Shown here piece by piece: positions 48,159 to 58,684 of a stretch of DNA of 61,409 bases. The notes under the pieces are model-generated. The model ran no database searches. It was not told the DNA's origin and worked only from the letters and a program-made list of their open reading frames with translations. Numbering within the stretch: the first letter of the stretch is position 1; each line of letters opens with the position of its first letter. This DNA is from Candidatus Kerfeldbacteria bacterium CG08_land_8_20_14_0_20_40_16 (GTDB lineage Bacteria; Patescibacteriota; Patescibacteriia; UM-FILTER-42-10), in contig PEXU01000049.1 of the NCBI GenBank assembly GCA_002774635.1, positions 1-61,409 on the forward strand, written 5' to 3'. Both the position numbers and the translations under genes were made by a program.

Positions 48159-49990
48159 TATATTTTGAATTCACTTAGATAATTAGCTCGATGAACAACA
48201 AAACCCCGATAAGAAAAACTCTGAATCTTAGGATCATATGATAACGCCTTTAAAAGCTCCTCTTTTGATCTCTCAAGGTATCCGTGATCCAGCCAAAAGT
48301 GAGCAAGACGATAATGATAAGAACCCACAAAATCTTGAGTAAAAGGATCTGATGATAAATGATTTTGATTAACAATATTTCTTAAATAATACATATTTAT
48401 AGTGGGGGGCTCCTTCTTCCAGGTTTCCCAGTCAGAAAAATATTCAAAAGTACTTCCGTTGGAACGGGAAAAAAGATTGGAATCAGTCACTTGATCTACA
48501 GAAAAAGTAGTGAATATCGGCTGAGAATATTTTTCTTTGACTTGTTTTAAAAGATCATATAGAACGCTTTCTGATTCAGCATCAGATGTTGTTCTGCTTA
48601 TTTTACGAGAAGTACCATAAATCGGCGACAAGGTAATAAATAAAACGTCGGGTCTTCTATTTTCTACTATCTTCAGATAAGCTAAGGAAAATTGAATGTT
48701 GTCTGAATTAAATCCACTCTCATAAACTACCAGAACGGCATTGGGTGGCAAACTATCTAGGAGATTGGAGGATAAATCATACACTAAATAATCTCTGCTT
48801 CTGTCATTATTGTTAAAATTAACGATCATAAAAAATAAAGGAAGAAAAACAATAATTAAAACGGCAATGGTGACCAAAATAAATTTTCTGAACTGTGATT
48901 TTTTTGACAGGTGGGTAATTTTTCTCCATAAGAATTCTAAACCACTGGCAATAAATAAAGAAAAAATTAGAAAGCAAGGAATATAAAGTACTCTTAAAAT
49001 ATAAACAGAGGTAGCGGCCCAATCTATTTTTCTTAAAAACACAACGCCTAAACAGTTTATAGCAAAACCAATGGCCAGAAGAATAAAGATTTTTTTTTCC
49101 TTAAAATACAAACTAAACAAACCAAGTAGTCCTATGACAACCAAAAAGCTAAATTGTTGAACTAATTGAACTAAGAAATTGCCCAAAAAAAGAATTTTTC
49201 CGCCATTGGTCAAAGAAGCGATAATACCTTCGCCGTATTGTGCCCGCGTAACATGACTAATAAAGTTTGTAAAACTCTCCGGATTGCCCCAGTCAATCGG
49301 CGGGTTGGCCGCGGAGCGGATAGGTAAATAAAGATAGACGGAAAGCCCGATTATAAAGAGCAGAAACAGCATGATTATCGTTTTGTATCTTTTCCAAAAT
49401 CCCTTTTCTGAAATCAAAATAAAAGCTATAAGCGCTGGTGCCAGCAACAGCATCTCCTGATGGTTGGTTAAACTTAGTCCGAATAAAAAAGAAAAAAAAT
49501 AAAGGTAAATGACATTTTTTGTCTTAGACCAACGGATAATTAAGTAAAAGATTAAGACTAAAAAAAAGGAGTTCAAGGTATAAACTTCGCTGATTACACT
49601 TTGTGACCAAAAAACACCCGTGAAAGCAAAAACTAAAGCAGAGATAAAAGCAATAAATTTATTTTTTACCAGCTGCAAAAGCAGAATGAATAAAAACGTT
49701 ACTGTTGCCGAAGCAAAAAAAGCGGACATAAAATTAATCCGCCAGGCAATATTAGAAATTGGAATAAAGGTAAAAACCTTTCCTAATATATCCCACAGTG
49801 GGTATCCAGGTGGATGCGGAATACCCACGGTATAGGCCGCTGCAACTAGTTCTCCACTATCCTCCGTGCCGACGGTTGGTGCCAGGGTAATAAGATAAAT
49901 CGTCAAGGTAATCAAGAAAAGGAGCGCGGCTAAAAACCACCTTTTCTGAAAAGTAGGAAAATTGTTTTTTGCCTTATCCTTAAACGACAT
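48158..49990 (-). CDS. DUF2723/TMEM260-like GT-C fold glycosyltransferase with C-terminal TPR-like region
   Basis: TLAPTVGTEDSGELVAAAYTVGIPHPPGYPLW motif and many TM helices. Confidence 0.7.
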   Translation of the reverse strand: MSFKDKAKNNFPTFQKRWFLAALLFLITLTIYLITLAPTVGTEDSGELVAAAYTVGIPHPPGYPLWDILGKVFTFIPISNIAWRINFMSAFFASATVTFLFILLLQLVKNKFIAFISALVFAFTGVFWSQSVISEVYTLNSFFLVLIFYLIIRWSKTKNVIYLYFFSFLFGLSLTNHQEMLLLAPALIAFILISEKGFWKRYKTIIMLFLLFIIGLSVYLYLPIRSAANPPIDWGNPESFTNFISHVTRAQYGEGIIASLTNGGKILFLGNFLVQLVQQFSFLVVIGLLGLFSLYFKEKKIFILLAIGFAINCLGVVFLRKIDWAATSVYILRVLYIPCFLIFSLFIASGLEFLWRKITHLSKKSQFRKFILVTIAVLIIVFLPLFFMIVNFNNNDRSRDYLVYDLSSNLLDSLPPNAVLVVYESGFNSDNIQFSLAYLKIVENRRPDVLFITLSPIYGTSRKISRTTSDAESESVLYDLLKQVKEKYSQPIFTTFSVDQVTDSNLFSRSNGSTFEYFSDWETWKKEPPTINMYYLRNIVNQNHLSSDPFTQDFVGSYHYRLAHFWLDHGYLERSKEELLKALSYDPKIQSFSYRGFVVHRANYLSEFKI

Positions 49991-49995
49991 TACTT

Positions 49996-50694
49996 TTATT
50001 CTTTTACAACCTCTACTTTAATATTGTTTTGTTTATTACCATTAAGATTTCTTTTCTTGACACAAAACAAAGACGTCAAACCTCTCATCATCAAGCGGAG
50101 GGTCATGGCGATAATTTTTATATCTTTCCAAATAGAATACTTCTCTACGTAATATTCATCCAGCTTCAGCATTTCAGAAAAAGAATGATTGCTTTGACTA
50201 ACTTGCCACAGTCCAGTGATTCCCGGCTTTACTGATTTCCTGATTTGCCATTCGTGGTACAAATTTGGATTTTGCTTCAATTTATCTAAATCAACGTCCT
50301 CTACCGGCAGTGGCCTGGGTCCAATTAAGCTCATTTCGCCCTTTAGCACATTTATTATCTGAGGAAGCTCATCAAGACCGGTACTTCTAAGTTTTCTACC
50401 AAAAGATGTCTCTCTAGGATCAAGACCCATTTTAAAAAGAAAACCGTTCGCCTCGTTTTTAGATTCAAGTTCTTTTCTTTTCTCTGAAGCATCATTGTGC
50501 ATTGTTCTGAATTTATACATGGTAAATATTCTGTTGTTTTTACCCAGTCTTCTTTGCATGAAGAGCGCGGGGCCTTTTGAATCCATCTTAATTAGAATCC
50601 CAACGACAATACTAAAAAGCACCGCCGGTACCAAAAGCAGTAAAGCGATGATTAAATCAATTAACCTTTTGATGATAAATTGGATGGAGAGCAT
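49996..50694 (-). CDS. polyprenyl-phosphate sugar-1-phosphate transferase (bacterial sugar transferase family)
   Basis: KRLIDLIIAL...YKFRTM...DELPQIINVLKGEMSLIGPRP. Confidence 0.9.
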   Translation of the reverse strand: MLSIQFIIKRLIDLIIALLLLVPAVLFSIVVGILIKMDSKGPALFMQRRLGKNNRIFTMYKFRTMHNDASEKRKELESKNEANGFLFKMGLDPRETSFGRKLRSTGLDELPQIINVLKGEMSLIGPRPLPVEDVDLDKLKQNPNLYHEWQIRKSVKPGITGLWQVSQSNHSFSEMLKLDEYYVEKYSIWKDIKIIAMTLRLMMRGLTSLFCVKKRNLNGNKQNNIKVEVVKE

Positions 50695-50785
50695 GAATTT
50701 TCGTGACTGCGCTGTATCTAGAGTCTAATATTTGATATAATGATACCATAATTTTGCTTAAAAGTAAACCCAAGAAAATAAAAAA

Positions 50786-52102
50786 ATGTTTTCTATCTGG
50801 AGAAAGTATCCACCGTCTAATAAAATTCTTAAAAACACCCTTTCCCTTGGAACTGGTCAGGTTTTAACCAAACTAGTTTCTTTAGTTTCTATTCCAATCA
50901 TTGCTCGAATGCTAGGATTAGAAAAATTTGGTGAATATACTTTGATTTTCAGTTTTGTTGTTCTATTCGGCGGTCTCTCGGACTGGGGAATTCATAAATT
51001 GACTATTCGGGAAGTAGCAAAAGACGAAAAATCTACAAATATTTATTTCACTAATACTCTGTTTTTAAGAATAATCCTTGCCGTTTTCTTTTATTTATTA
51101 ATGATCGGTGTGGCAATCCTTCTGAATTACTCTCATATAATTACCAATCTAATTATAATTTTGGGGCCATTGATATTAGCAAACTCTATTGTCAATACGT
51201 TTGTGTCTCTGTTGAATGCTCAAGAAAGGATGGATATTTCAGCTATTTTGTTATTTATTCAGTCGTTAATTACTCCAGTCACTGTTATACCACTTTTGTA
51301 TTTTGGTTTCAATTTGAAGACTATTTTTATTATCTTAGTAACGGCTAATATTACTTTAGCTATTCTCATTGGATTACTCTTAATGAAAAGATTTTTTTCT
51401 TTTCAGTTAGATTCTGTTAATAGAGAAACATGGAAAAAAATATTTATCCATTCCTGGCCATACGCTTTAATGGCAATTGTTTGGATGATTTATATTAGCA
51501 ACGGTTCCATCATTCTTTCCAAAATTACTGATTTAAGTCAGGTAGGATTATTCAACACTAGTTTAAAACTAATTCTGGCTCTGTTTTTTATTCCCGGAAG
51601 CTTAATGATGGCTTTTTTTCCAATGATGTCTCGTCAAATAACTGATCAAGTCAAACACAACATTAAACAAAGCTGCGAGAAATCTATCAAAATTCTTCTC
51701 TGGATTGTTTTACCGCTTGCGTTGTTAATTTTTCTATTTTCTAATTTCTTTATTCAAACACTATATGGTTCTGAATTTATTGAATCTGCAAAGGTACTAA
51801 AAATACTGTCAATTAGTCTTGTTCTGTTTTTTATCAATTCGCCTTTAGGATATACTATTTTGAGTTCAACTAAAGTCAAAAACTATGTTATTTTTGATGT
51901 TCTAATGGTTACCGCTAATGTTTTTTTGGCTGTGATATTATCAATCAAATATGGTTTCATTGGTCCAGCACTGGCGATCCTTTGTACAGAAGCACTAACC
52001 TTGGTAATTCGGCTTTTATTTTTGAAAAATTATCTTTTAATAAAATTGAGTTTTAGAAATATTGTTTTAAGGAATAAACCCAATGATTATGTCAGAGAAT
52101 AA
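50786..52102 (+). CDS. Wzx-type polysaccharide flippase (MOP superfamily)
   Basis: 438 aa, about 12 TM helices, N-terminus LGTGQVLTKLVSLVSIPIIARML. Confidence 0.8.
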   Translation: MFSIWRKYPPSNKILKNTLSLGTGQVLTKLVSLVSIPIIARMLGLEKFGEYTLIFSFVVLFGGLSDWGIHKLTIREVAKDEKSTNIYFTNTLFLRIILAVFFYLLMIGVAILLNYSHIITNLIIILGPLILANSIVNTFVSLLNAQERMDISAILLFIQSLITPVTVIPLLYFGFNLKTIFIILVTANITLAILIGLLLMKRFFSFQLDSVNRETWKKIFIHSWPYALMAIVWMIYISNGSIILSKITDLSQVGLFNTSLKLILALFFIPGSLMMAFFPMMSRQITDQVKHNIKQSCEKSIKILLWIVLPLALLIFLFSNFFIQTLYGSEFIESAKVLKILSISLVLFFINSPLGYTILSSTKVKNYVIFDVLMVTANVFLAVILSIKYGFIGPALAILCTEALTLVIRLLFLKNYLLIKLSFRNIVLRNKPNDYVRE

Positions 52103-52922
52103 TAAAGTGTCCGTGATTGTACCCGTATACAATGAAGAAAAGTATCTTGACGAATGCTTAAAAACACTATTAAATCAATCGTATAAAAACATAGAAATAA
52201 TAGTAATTGATGACGGTTCTATCGATCAATCAAAGCATATTGCAAAAAAATATTCGGTAAAATATATACATCAAGAACATCAAGGGGCTGCAGAGGCAAA
52301 GAATCTGGGAGCTCAACATGCCACTGGTGATATCTTATTATTTGCAGATAGTGATTTTTATTATGATAAAGAATATGTTAGTGATTTGGTAATACCTCTC
52401 CTTAAAAGAACTGCAAAAGGAACATATTCAAAAGAAATTTACATAGCAAATCCTAAAAATATTTGGTCTAAATGCTACAGTATAAATGCTAATTTAACTA
52501 GCGAAAGGATGGTTTCAGCTGACTATCCAAATAAATCTACAGGTTATCGAACAATCTTCAAAGATGATTTTATAAAGGTAGGAGGGTTTGATGATATTGG
52601 ATATGGAGAAGATATGGTTTTTTATGAAAAGTTGGGAACCATGGCGCAAGCTGTTACCGGAGCAAGGGCCTATCATTATAATTCTGATTCTTTTATGGAA
52701 ACTTTTAAAACTGCAAAATGGGTAGGTAAAGGAAACCGTTATAATATTTTTTTGACTATTCTAAGGTTAATAAAATACTCTCTGTTTTTTTCTTTACTAA
52801 TTGGTATTTATAAGTCCGCTGCAAATAAAAAACCCTTCTTTTTAATCTACAAAATTATATGGGATTTTGGAGTTTTTTTAGGAATTATAATTAACCTATT
52901 TACAAAGAAGCATGCAAAATAA
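52083..52922 (+). CDS. glycosyltransferase family 2
   Basis: VSVIVPVYNEEKYLDECL...IIVIDDGS. Confidence 0.9.
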   Translation: MIMSENNKVSVIVPVYNEEKYLDECLKTLLNQSYKNIEIIVIDDGSIDQSKHIAKKYSVKYIHQEHQGAAEAKNLGAQHATGDILLFADSDFYYDKEYVSDLVIPLLKRTAKGTYSKEIYIANPKNIWSKCYSINANLTSERMVSADYPNKSTGYRTIFKDDFIKVGGFDDIGYGEDMVFYEKLGTMAQAVTGARAYHYNSDSFMETFKTAKWVGKGNRYNIFLTILRLIKYSLFFSLLIGIYKSAANKKPFFLIYKIIWDFGVFLGIIINLFTKKHAK

Positions 52923-53817
52923 GCACTTGGAAAACATATTATGTTATCTCTGTGGTTCTAATTCATACCAAGAATTGCTAATAAAAAATAATTACCATAT
53001 AGTAAAATGCAACCGATGCGGTTTAGTATTTGTTAATCCCCAACCAACTTCAGAGCTTACAGATAAAATTTATAATGAAAACTATTTTGCAGGCGGTAAT
53101 CAATTCGGTTATCAGGGAATTAATTACTTAAGTAAAGAAAATGAAAAATGGTTTAAATTTGTTCCTACAAAAGCACTTAATAAAATTGAAAAAATAGTTT
53201 CTCAAAAAGGTAGATTACTCGACATAGGATGTGCTGTGGGTTACGCCCTAGAAGTAGCGCGAGACAAGGGATGGGAAATATATGGCGTTGAAATCTCTCG
53301 ATATGCCTCAAAAATAGCTGAAAAAAAACTAGGAATTACAATTGTCCCAAAATTAGAAGAAACTATTTTTCCTTCTAGATACTTTGATGTTATTACTACA
53401 TTCGAAATCTTAGAACATATTCATAATCCTGATCAATTTATTGCTACTATTAGCAAATTATTAAATAAGGATGGAATATTATGTATCTCTACGCCAAATT
53501 TAGATCATGCAAATACGCTGAAAAATTTTAAAGACTGGCCTTATCTGACTCCTCCTGAACATTTATTTTACTTTAACAAAGAAACCATCTCAAAATTACT
53601 AAACAAGTATGGCTTTACTGTAGAAATGATTTTTTTTGGTCCTATTAACCCCCTTGCCCGAGGAGGAAAAAACATAAAGAGAATACAAAAATTTTATCAT
53701 AAAATTAGGCCTTTAATTCATCCTATTAAAAAATTAATATATGATATCCCTATGGCCTGGTATGGTGAAAAAACCGGCCTAGGAGAAGATATGATTATAA
53801 TTGCTAAAAAAAAATAA
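52912..53817 (+). CDS. class I SAM-dependent methyltransferase with N-terminal Zn ribbon
   Basis: CYLCGS...CNRCG, then LLDIGCAVGY motif I. Confidence 0.85.
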   Translation: MQNKHLENILCYLCGSNSYQELLIKNNYHIVKCNRCGLVFVNPQPTSELTDKIYNENYFAGGNQFGYQGINYLSKENEKWFKFVPTKALNKIEKIVSQKGRLLDIGCAVGYALEVARDKGWEIYGVEISRYASKIAEKKLGITIVPKLEETIFPSRYFDVITTFEILEHIHNPDQFIATISKLLNKDGILCISTPNLDHANTLKNFKDWPYLTPPEHLFYFNKETISKLLNKYGFTVEMIFFGPINPLARGGKNIKRIQKFYHKIRPLIHPIKKLIYDIPMAWYGEKTGLGEDMIIIAKKK

Positions 53818-53818
53818 T

Positions 53819-54970
53819 ATGAGAATAGCAATTGACTCACTTTTTCTGTATTCCAGTCCCAATACAGGTATAAGTGTTTACACTAATGAACTAATAAAGC
53901 AGTTTTCTAGTTTAGAAAATATGGAAGTAATTGTTTTTTATGCCGGAAATAATAAACAAGAGATTCAGATGATTAAAGAACGGCTTAATGGTGTAAAATA
54001 TCAGCTAAGACAGGTGAATCTGCACGGTAGAATAGTTCGGGGACTATGGAGTATAATCGACTATCCAAACATCAGCAAATATCTTAAAGACGTTGATATC
54101 TACCATTCTCCGTTCTTCATTTTGCCTGGATTATCTAAATTACAAAAAACGGTTATTACCATCCACGATGTTTTCCCTTTCCAATATCCTCACTTCTTTC
54201 CATTTTTTACAAGGATAGCGCATATCCAAAGGCTAAAAAAAATTAAAGGCAAGATTTGTAAAAATAATAATATTCATATTATTGTTAATTCCAACAGTAC
54301 TCAGAAAGATGTAATTAAATTACTAGAAATTCCTCTAGAAAGAATTACTAAAATCTATCTAGGAATATCAGAAGTCTTTACTGGATACACAAAATCTGAA
54401 CAGGATATTAAGATTCTAGAAAGACACGGTATTTGTAAACCATATATTCTTTCTGTAGGATCTTTGAATCCCAGGAAAAATATAAAGCGCTTAATAGATG
54501 CCTTTGAAATGAATAAAAACGCTGGAAATTTCCCCCATAAACTAGTGCTTGTTGGCACAGCCGGCTGGCTAAACCAAGAACTGCTTTCTAGAATAAAAAA
54601 GAATCAGGATATAATACCTGTCGGTGCTGTTCCCGAAAAAGATTTGCCTATAATTTATGGAAATTCGAACCTATTTGTTTTCCCCTCCCTTTATGAGGGC
54701 TTTGGCCTCCCTATTATTGAAGCAATGTCATGCAGAGTTCCTGTTATAACAAGCAATGTTTCCAGTATGCCTGAAATAGCTGATAGCAGTGCTTATTTAA
54801 TAAACCCATATGATTATAAGGATATTGCTAAAAGTATTAAAGAAGTATTAAAAAACCATAATCTTAGAAAAGAATTAATTAAAAAAGGTATGGAAAGAAG
54901 CTTGAAGTTTTCTTGGAATAAAATGGCCCAACAGACATTATCGGTCTATAACAAACTTATTGAATCATGA
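53819..54970 (+). CDS. glycosyltransferase family 4 (GT-B, group 1)
   Basis: EGFGLPIIEAMSCRVPVITSN. ATG at 53819 preferred over TTG at 53801. Confidence 0.9.
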   Translation: MRIAIDSLFLYSSPNTGISVYTNELIKQFSSLENMEVIVFYAGNNKQEIQMIKERLNGVKYQLRQVNLHGRIVRGLWSIIDYPNISKYLKDVDIYHSPFFILPGLSKLQKTVITIHDVFPFQYPHFFPFFTRIAHIQRLKKIKGKICKNNNIHIIVNSNSTQKDVIKLLEIPLERITKIYLGISEVFTGYTKSEQDIKILERHGICKPYILSVGSLNPRKNIKRLIDAFEMNKNAGNFPHKLVLVGTAGWLNQELLSRIKKNQDIIPVGAVPEKDLPIIYGNSNLFVFPSLYEGFGLPIIEAMSCRVPVITSNVSSMPEIADSSAYLINPYDYKDIAKSIKEVLKNHNLRKELIKKGMERSLKFSWNKMAQQTLSVYNKLIES

Positions 54971-56076
54971 ATATTCTTCTTCAAAGCAGAGTTGATTTAT
55001 TAGAAAAACCAGGCGGCGATACTACGCAAATTTTGAAAACCGCAGAGTATTTAAAAAAGCTTGGGATAAGTGTAGATATTTCTACTAAACTGGAAGAAGA
55101 CCTTCAAAATTACGATTTGGTACATTTATTCAATATTACCCGGCCTCAAGAGACTTATTTACAATATCTCAATGCCAAAAAGCAGAATAAGCTGGTCGTT
55201 CTCACTCCTATTTATCAAAATTTTGACGAATGGGATGAAAAAGGAAGATATGGAATGCAAAAGTATTTCATGAAACTGGTTAAAAACAAAAATTGTAAGG
55301 AAATAATAAAAACCTTCCTACGAATTTTTTCCGATAATAAACAATGGGAACCGTTTGTGACTCAATTAAAGATAGGATTTACCCAGCAACAAAAAGAAAT
55401 TCTTGCCTCGGTCAATCTTCTTTTGCCTAATTCGGAAATGGAGATGAGAAAAATAGAGCAGGATTTTGGAATAAAAAATAGCTATCAGATAGTTCCTAAT
55501 GGAGTGGAAATGGATTTTTCTGATTCAAAACCGGATGGATTTATAAACAAATATCAATTAGAGAATTTCGTGCTTTGCGTCGCCAATTTTACTAGCATCA
55601 AAAATCATCTAAATTTAATAAAGGCCTCAGACAATACAAACTTTATACTAGTCTTAATTGGAAAACCGCAAAAAGCCCATAAAAAATATTTCCAGTTAAT
55701 AAAAAAAATGGTAGAAAAAAATAAGAGAATTGTGTTATTAAAAAATATCAGTCAAGATGAATTAAAATCAGCTTATGCCGCAGCTAAAGTGCACATTTTA
55801 CCCAGTTGGTTTGAAACCTGCGGATTAGTAAGTTTGGAAGCAGGTCTCGCTGGCTGTAATGTAGTAAGTACAGATCGAGGATATGCTAAAGAGTATTTAA
55901 AAGATTTTGCTTGGTACTGCAACCCCGCAGATACGAATTCAATTAGAGATGTCGTACTTAAAGCCTATCATGCCCCTAGATCAGATAAATTGAAAAACTA
56001 CATTTTAAAAAATTTTTCGTGGGAGAAAACGGCCCAAAAAACACTTACCGTATATAATGAATTAGTAAAATCATGA
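54967..56076 (+). CDS. glycosyltransferase group 1 (GT-B)
   Basis: ETCGLVSLEAGLAGCNVVSTD. Confidence 0.85.
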   Translation: MNILLQSRVDLLEKPGGDTTQILKTAEYLKKLGISVDISTKLEEDLQNYDLVHLFNITRPQETYLQYLNAKKQNKLVVLTPIYQNFDEWDEKGRYGMQKYFMKLVKNKNCKEIIKTFLRIFSDNKQWEPFVTQLKIGFTQQQKEILASVNLLLPNSEMEMRKIEQDFGIKNSYQIVPNGVEMDFSDSKPDGFINKYQLENFVLCVANFTSIKNHLNLIKASDNTNFILVLIGKPQKAHKKYFQLIKKMVEKNKRIVLLKNISQDELKSAYAAAKVHILPSWFETCGLVSLEAGLAGCNVVSTDRGYAKEYLKDFAWYCNPADTNSIRDVVLKAYHAPRSDKLKNYILKNFSWEKTAQKTLTVYNELVKS

Positions 56077-57968
56077 ATTTCTCTTCAAATTCCAGCCAGC
56101 GCTACGATAGAATCCTTTTTGGAGGAATTGTTCTGTTGATTTTCAGCGCGCTTTTGGGCTGGTCCAGCCGCACGGTTTGGGTGCTAGCAATAATGGAAGT
56201 GGTTATTCTCTGTCTTTTTTTGCTCTTCCTTACTGGCCTGGCTAAAAAAGAAGTTAAACTCCCTCTTTCTCTAAAGCTTTTTCTGTTTTGTTCTTTATTA
56301 TCAGTCATCTTTTCTGTTTATCGGTACAACAGCATTGTTGGATTGGTAAAAATATTTCTCTTTATTATTGCTTTTTGGATTGTTACCCAAGCCACAAAAA
56401 CAATAAAACAATTGAACAATTTAACAATAGCGCTATCAATCACCGCTTTAATCGCTTCGATTTACGGGATAATTAATTTCTTTCAATTGCAAGATATTAC
56501 CCTAGGAGTAGCTTCTTTTTTCGGCTGGCGGAATATTTTTGGAGGATTTATTTTATTATTTCTGCCTTTGGTTTTAACGTTGTATCTTACTACCAATAAA
56601 AAATGGGAGAAATATTTTTTAGGCTTGACTACTATTCTTTTGGCTGTAAATTTTTATTTTTCTTTTTCCCAGGCGGCTTGGCTTTCTTTTATTGTGGTGT
56701 TTTTGGGACTGATTTGGTTTTTAAGAAAAATGAACAAAAAACAGTTAATTCTTCGCCTTGCCATAATTCTGGTTATCACGACCTTGTCGATAATCTTACT
56801 GCCTAAACTTCACCATCTTTTAAAACCGATGGGGGCAGAGGCCAATTTGGAACAAGCCAGTTCTGTTCAATCTCTTTCCATCCAAAATAGATTGGATTAT
56901 TGGAAAACCAGTCTGGAAATTTTTTACCATTATCCTATTTTAGGCGTAGGTCTGGGCAATTTCAAAACTCTCTATACCCATTTCCAACAAAATATTTGGT
57001 CGTTTTCTGTTTCCCCCCATAACTTTTTTTTACTGTTGCTGACTGAAATTGGAATTTTAGGAACTCTCGCTTTTTTAATTTTTGTCATCAGTTTATTGAG
57101 AAACGGAATAAAGATCATTAAACAATCCAGGCAAAATGATCATGCAATCTACTATATTTCGATAGGACTTTTGGGCAGTCTCGCCGCTTCACTAATCCAT
57201 AACCTGTTTGATCTTGATTGGGAGGTGCCTGTTCTATTGTTAATTTTCTTTATCGAAGCGGGATTGATATTTAGTATTAAAGAAATTGTTTCTAAGGAAT
57301 CAGCTTCGATTATTCCGGATTCAGAAAAACAGGGTGGAATAAGAAAACCGTTATTTAGTTTCATCCTTTTTATCATCCTTGGCTATTTAGTGATTATCCC
57401 TGTCCTAACCGACCTCTGGAATGAACGGGTGGAAAATATACAAGAAGATTCTGTGAATTCTGAACAAAGTATCCCTATTTTAGAGAAAGCTGCTAGTTTC
57501 AATCGATTAAACGCCGATTTATACCAGAATCTGTCAGAAAGCTACCAATTTAAGATTCTGGACCATCAAGGAGACCGAGAAGAAAATCAATATTTAAGTG
57601 TTAAATATGCCCAAAAAGCTGCTGATTTTGATCCTTTGTCAGCAGAGCGACATTTTCAATTGGGTTATGCCTTGAATTTTGTTACTTCTTCAAAAGACGA
57701 AGAAATCAAAAAGGCGGAGACTGAAATAAAAAAAGCCATTGAATATGATCAATTCAATAAAATCTATTACTACCAAATCTTGGCTTTTGTTCTGGAGCGT
57801 CAAGAAAAATACCAAGAAGCAATTGCTGTCTTAGATATCCCTTTAGCGCTCTATAGCGAGGATGCTTTAAACAAAATCTTTGTTGATGAAGAAAAATACA
57901 ATCAGATTTTAAATTCTTTGGAGAAAATTAGAGAATATCGCGACTTAATTAAACAAAAAACGGAATAA
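56073..57968 (+). CDS. O-antigen ligase/polymerase-like (Wzy_C) membrane protein with C-terminal TPR
   Basis: SQAAWLSF...GVGLGNF...SPHNFFLLLLTEIGILG and a TPR-like tail. Confidence 0.8.
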   Translation: MNFSSNSSQRYDRILFGGIVLLIFSALLGWSSRTVWVLAIMEVVILCLFLLFLTGLAKKEVKLPLSLKLFLFCSLLSVIFSVYRYNSIVGLVKIFLFIIAFWIVTQATKTIKQLNNLTIALSITALIASIYGIINFFQLQDITLGVASFFGWRNIFGGFILLFLPLVLTLYLTTNKKWEKYFLGLTTILLAVNFYFSFSQAAWLSFIVVFLGLIWFLRKMNKKQLILRLAIILVITTLSIILLPKLHHLLKPMGAEANLEQASSVQSLSIQNRLDYWKTSLEIFYHYPILGVGLGNFKTLYTHFQQNIWSFSVSPHNFFLLLLTEIGILGTLAFLIFVISLLRNGIKIIKQSRQNDHAIYYISIGLLGSLAASLIHNLFDLDWEVPVLLLIFFIEAGLIFSIKEIVSKESASIIPDSEKQGGIRKPLFSFILFIILGYLVIIPVLTDLWNERVENIQEDSVNSEQSIPILEKAASFNRLNADLYQNLSESYQFKILDHQGDREENQYLSVKYAQKAADFDPLSAERHFQLGYALNFVTSSKDEEIKKAETEIKKAIEYDQFNKIYYYQILAFVLERQEKYQEAIAVLDIPLALYSEDALNKIFVDEEKYNQILNSLEKIREYRDLIKQKTE

Positions 57969-57973
57969 CATCT

Positions 57974-58684
57974 TCAATTAGCAATCATTTCTTTGATTGC
58001 CTGGCTATTTTGAAAGTAATATTCAGCTTTTAGCGCATCTCCTTCTAATTGTTCTACCTCCCCTAACTGCTGATAAATTTCGGAACGGATTAAACCCAAG
58101 TTGTGATATTGGTCGGGAGCAACTCCGGGTGAATCGGGGCTCGGGAACAGTACTAGAGCCTGAAACAATTTTTCCTTCGCTTTAGAGTAGTTTCCCGATT
58201 CTTTCAGTCCCTCGCCCCACCAATAATAGAAAGGGGCGTAATTTGGACCATTAGTGATTGCTTTACCAAACGCTTGATCCATCAGTTGGTATTTTGTCGG
58301 ATCAATTTTCCCCCAAAACTTCATCAGTTCTCCTAGGGTAGGATAATAATTAAATCCATTAGGATTTTTGTGATAGATATAATCTAATTCCTCTAGCGCT
58401 TTTTGAAAAAGAGCATTTTGATTTTCATAATTATCCTTTAAGAAAGCCAGTTTAATCAGCAGATTAACATAGCGATAACGATAGGGAATCTCTGCTGATG
58501 TGAATTGGGCATTAAAAATAATCTTGCTATGCAAATCCTGGATTTCATATTGGGCAAAACGGCTTTCTAAATTTACTGATTCCATTTGCTTTAGATAAAC
58601 ATCGGCGATGGCCGGTCTGACAACTATAAACCAAATTAAAAATAAAGCTGATAAACCTCCTAAGATGCTGAGTATTTTTTTCAT
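57974..58684 (-). CDS. membrane-anchored TPR-like protein
   Basis: N-terminal TM helix and helical-repeat-like composition. Confidence 0.5.
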   Translation of the reverse strand: MKKILSILGGLSALFLIWFIVVRPAIADVYLKQMESVNLESRFAQYEIQDLHSKIIFNAQFTSAEIPYRYRYVNLLIKLAFLKDNYENQNALFQKALEELDYIYHKNPNGFNYYPTLGELMKFWGKIDPTKYQLMDQAFGKAITNGPNYAPFYYWWGEGLKESGNYSKAKEKLFQALVLFPSPDSPGVAPDQYHNLGLIRSEIYQQLGEVEQLEGDALKAEYYFQNSQAIKEMIAN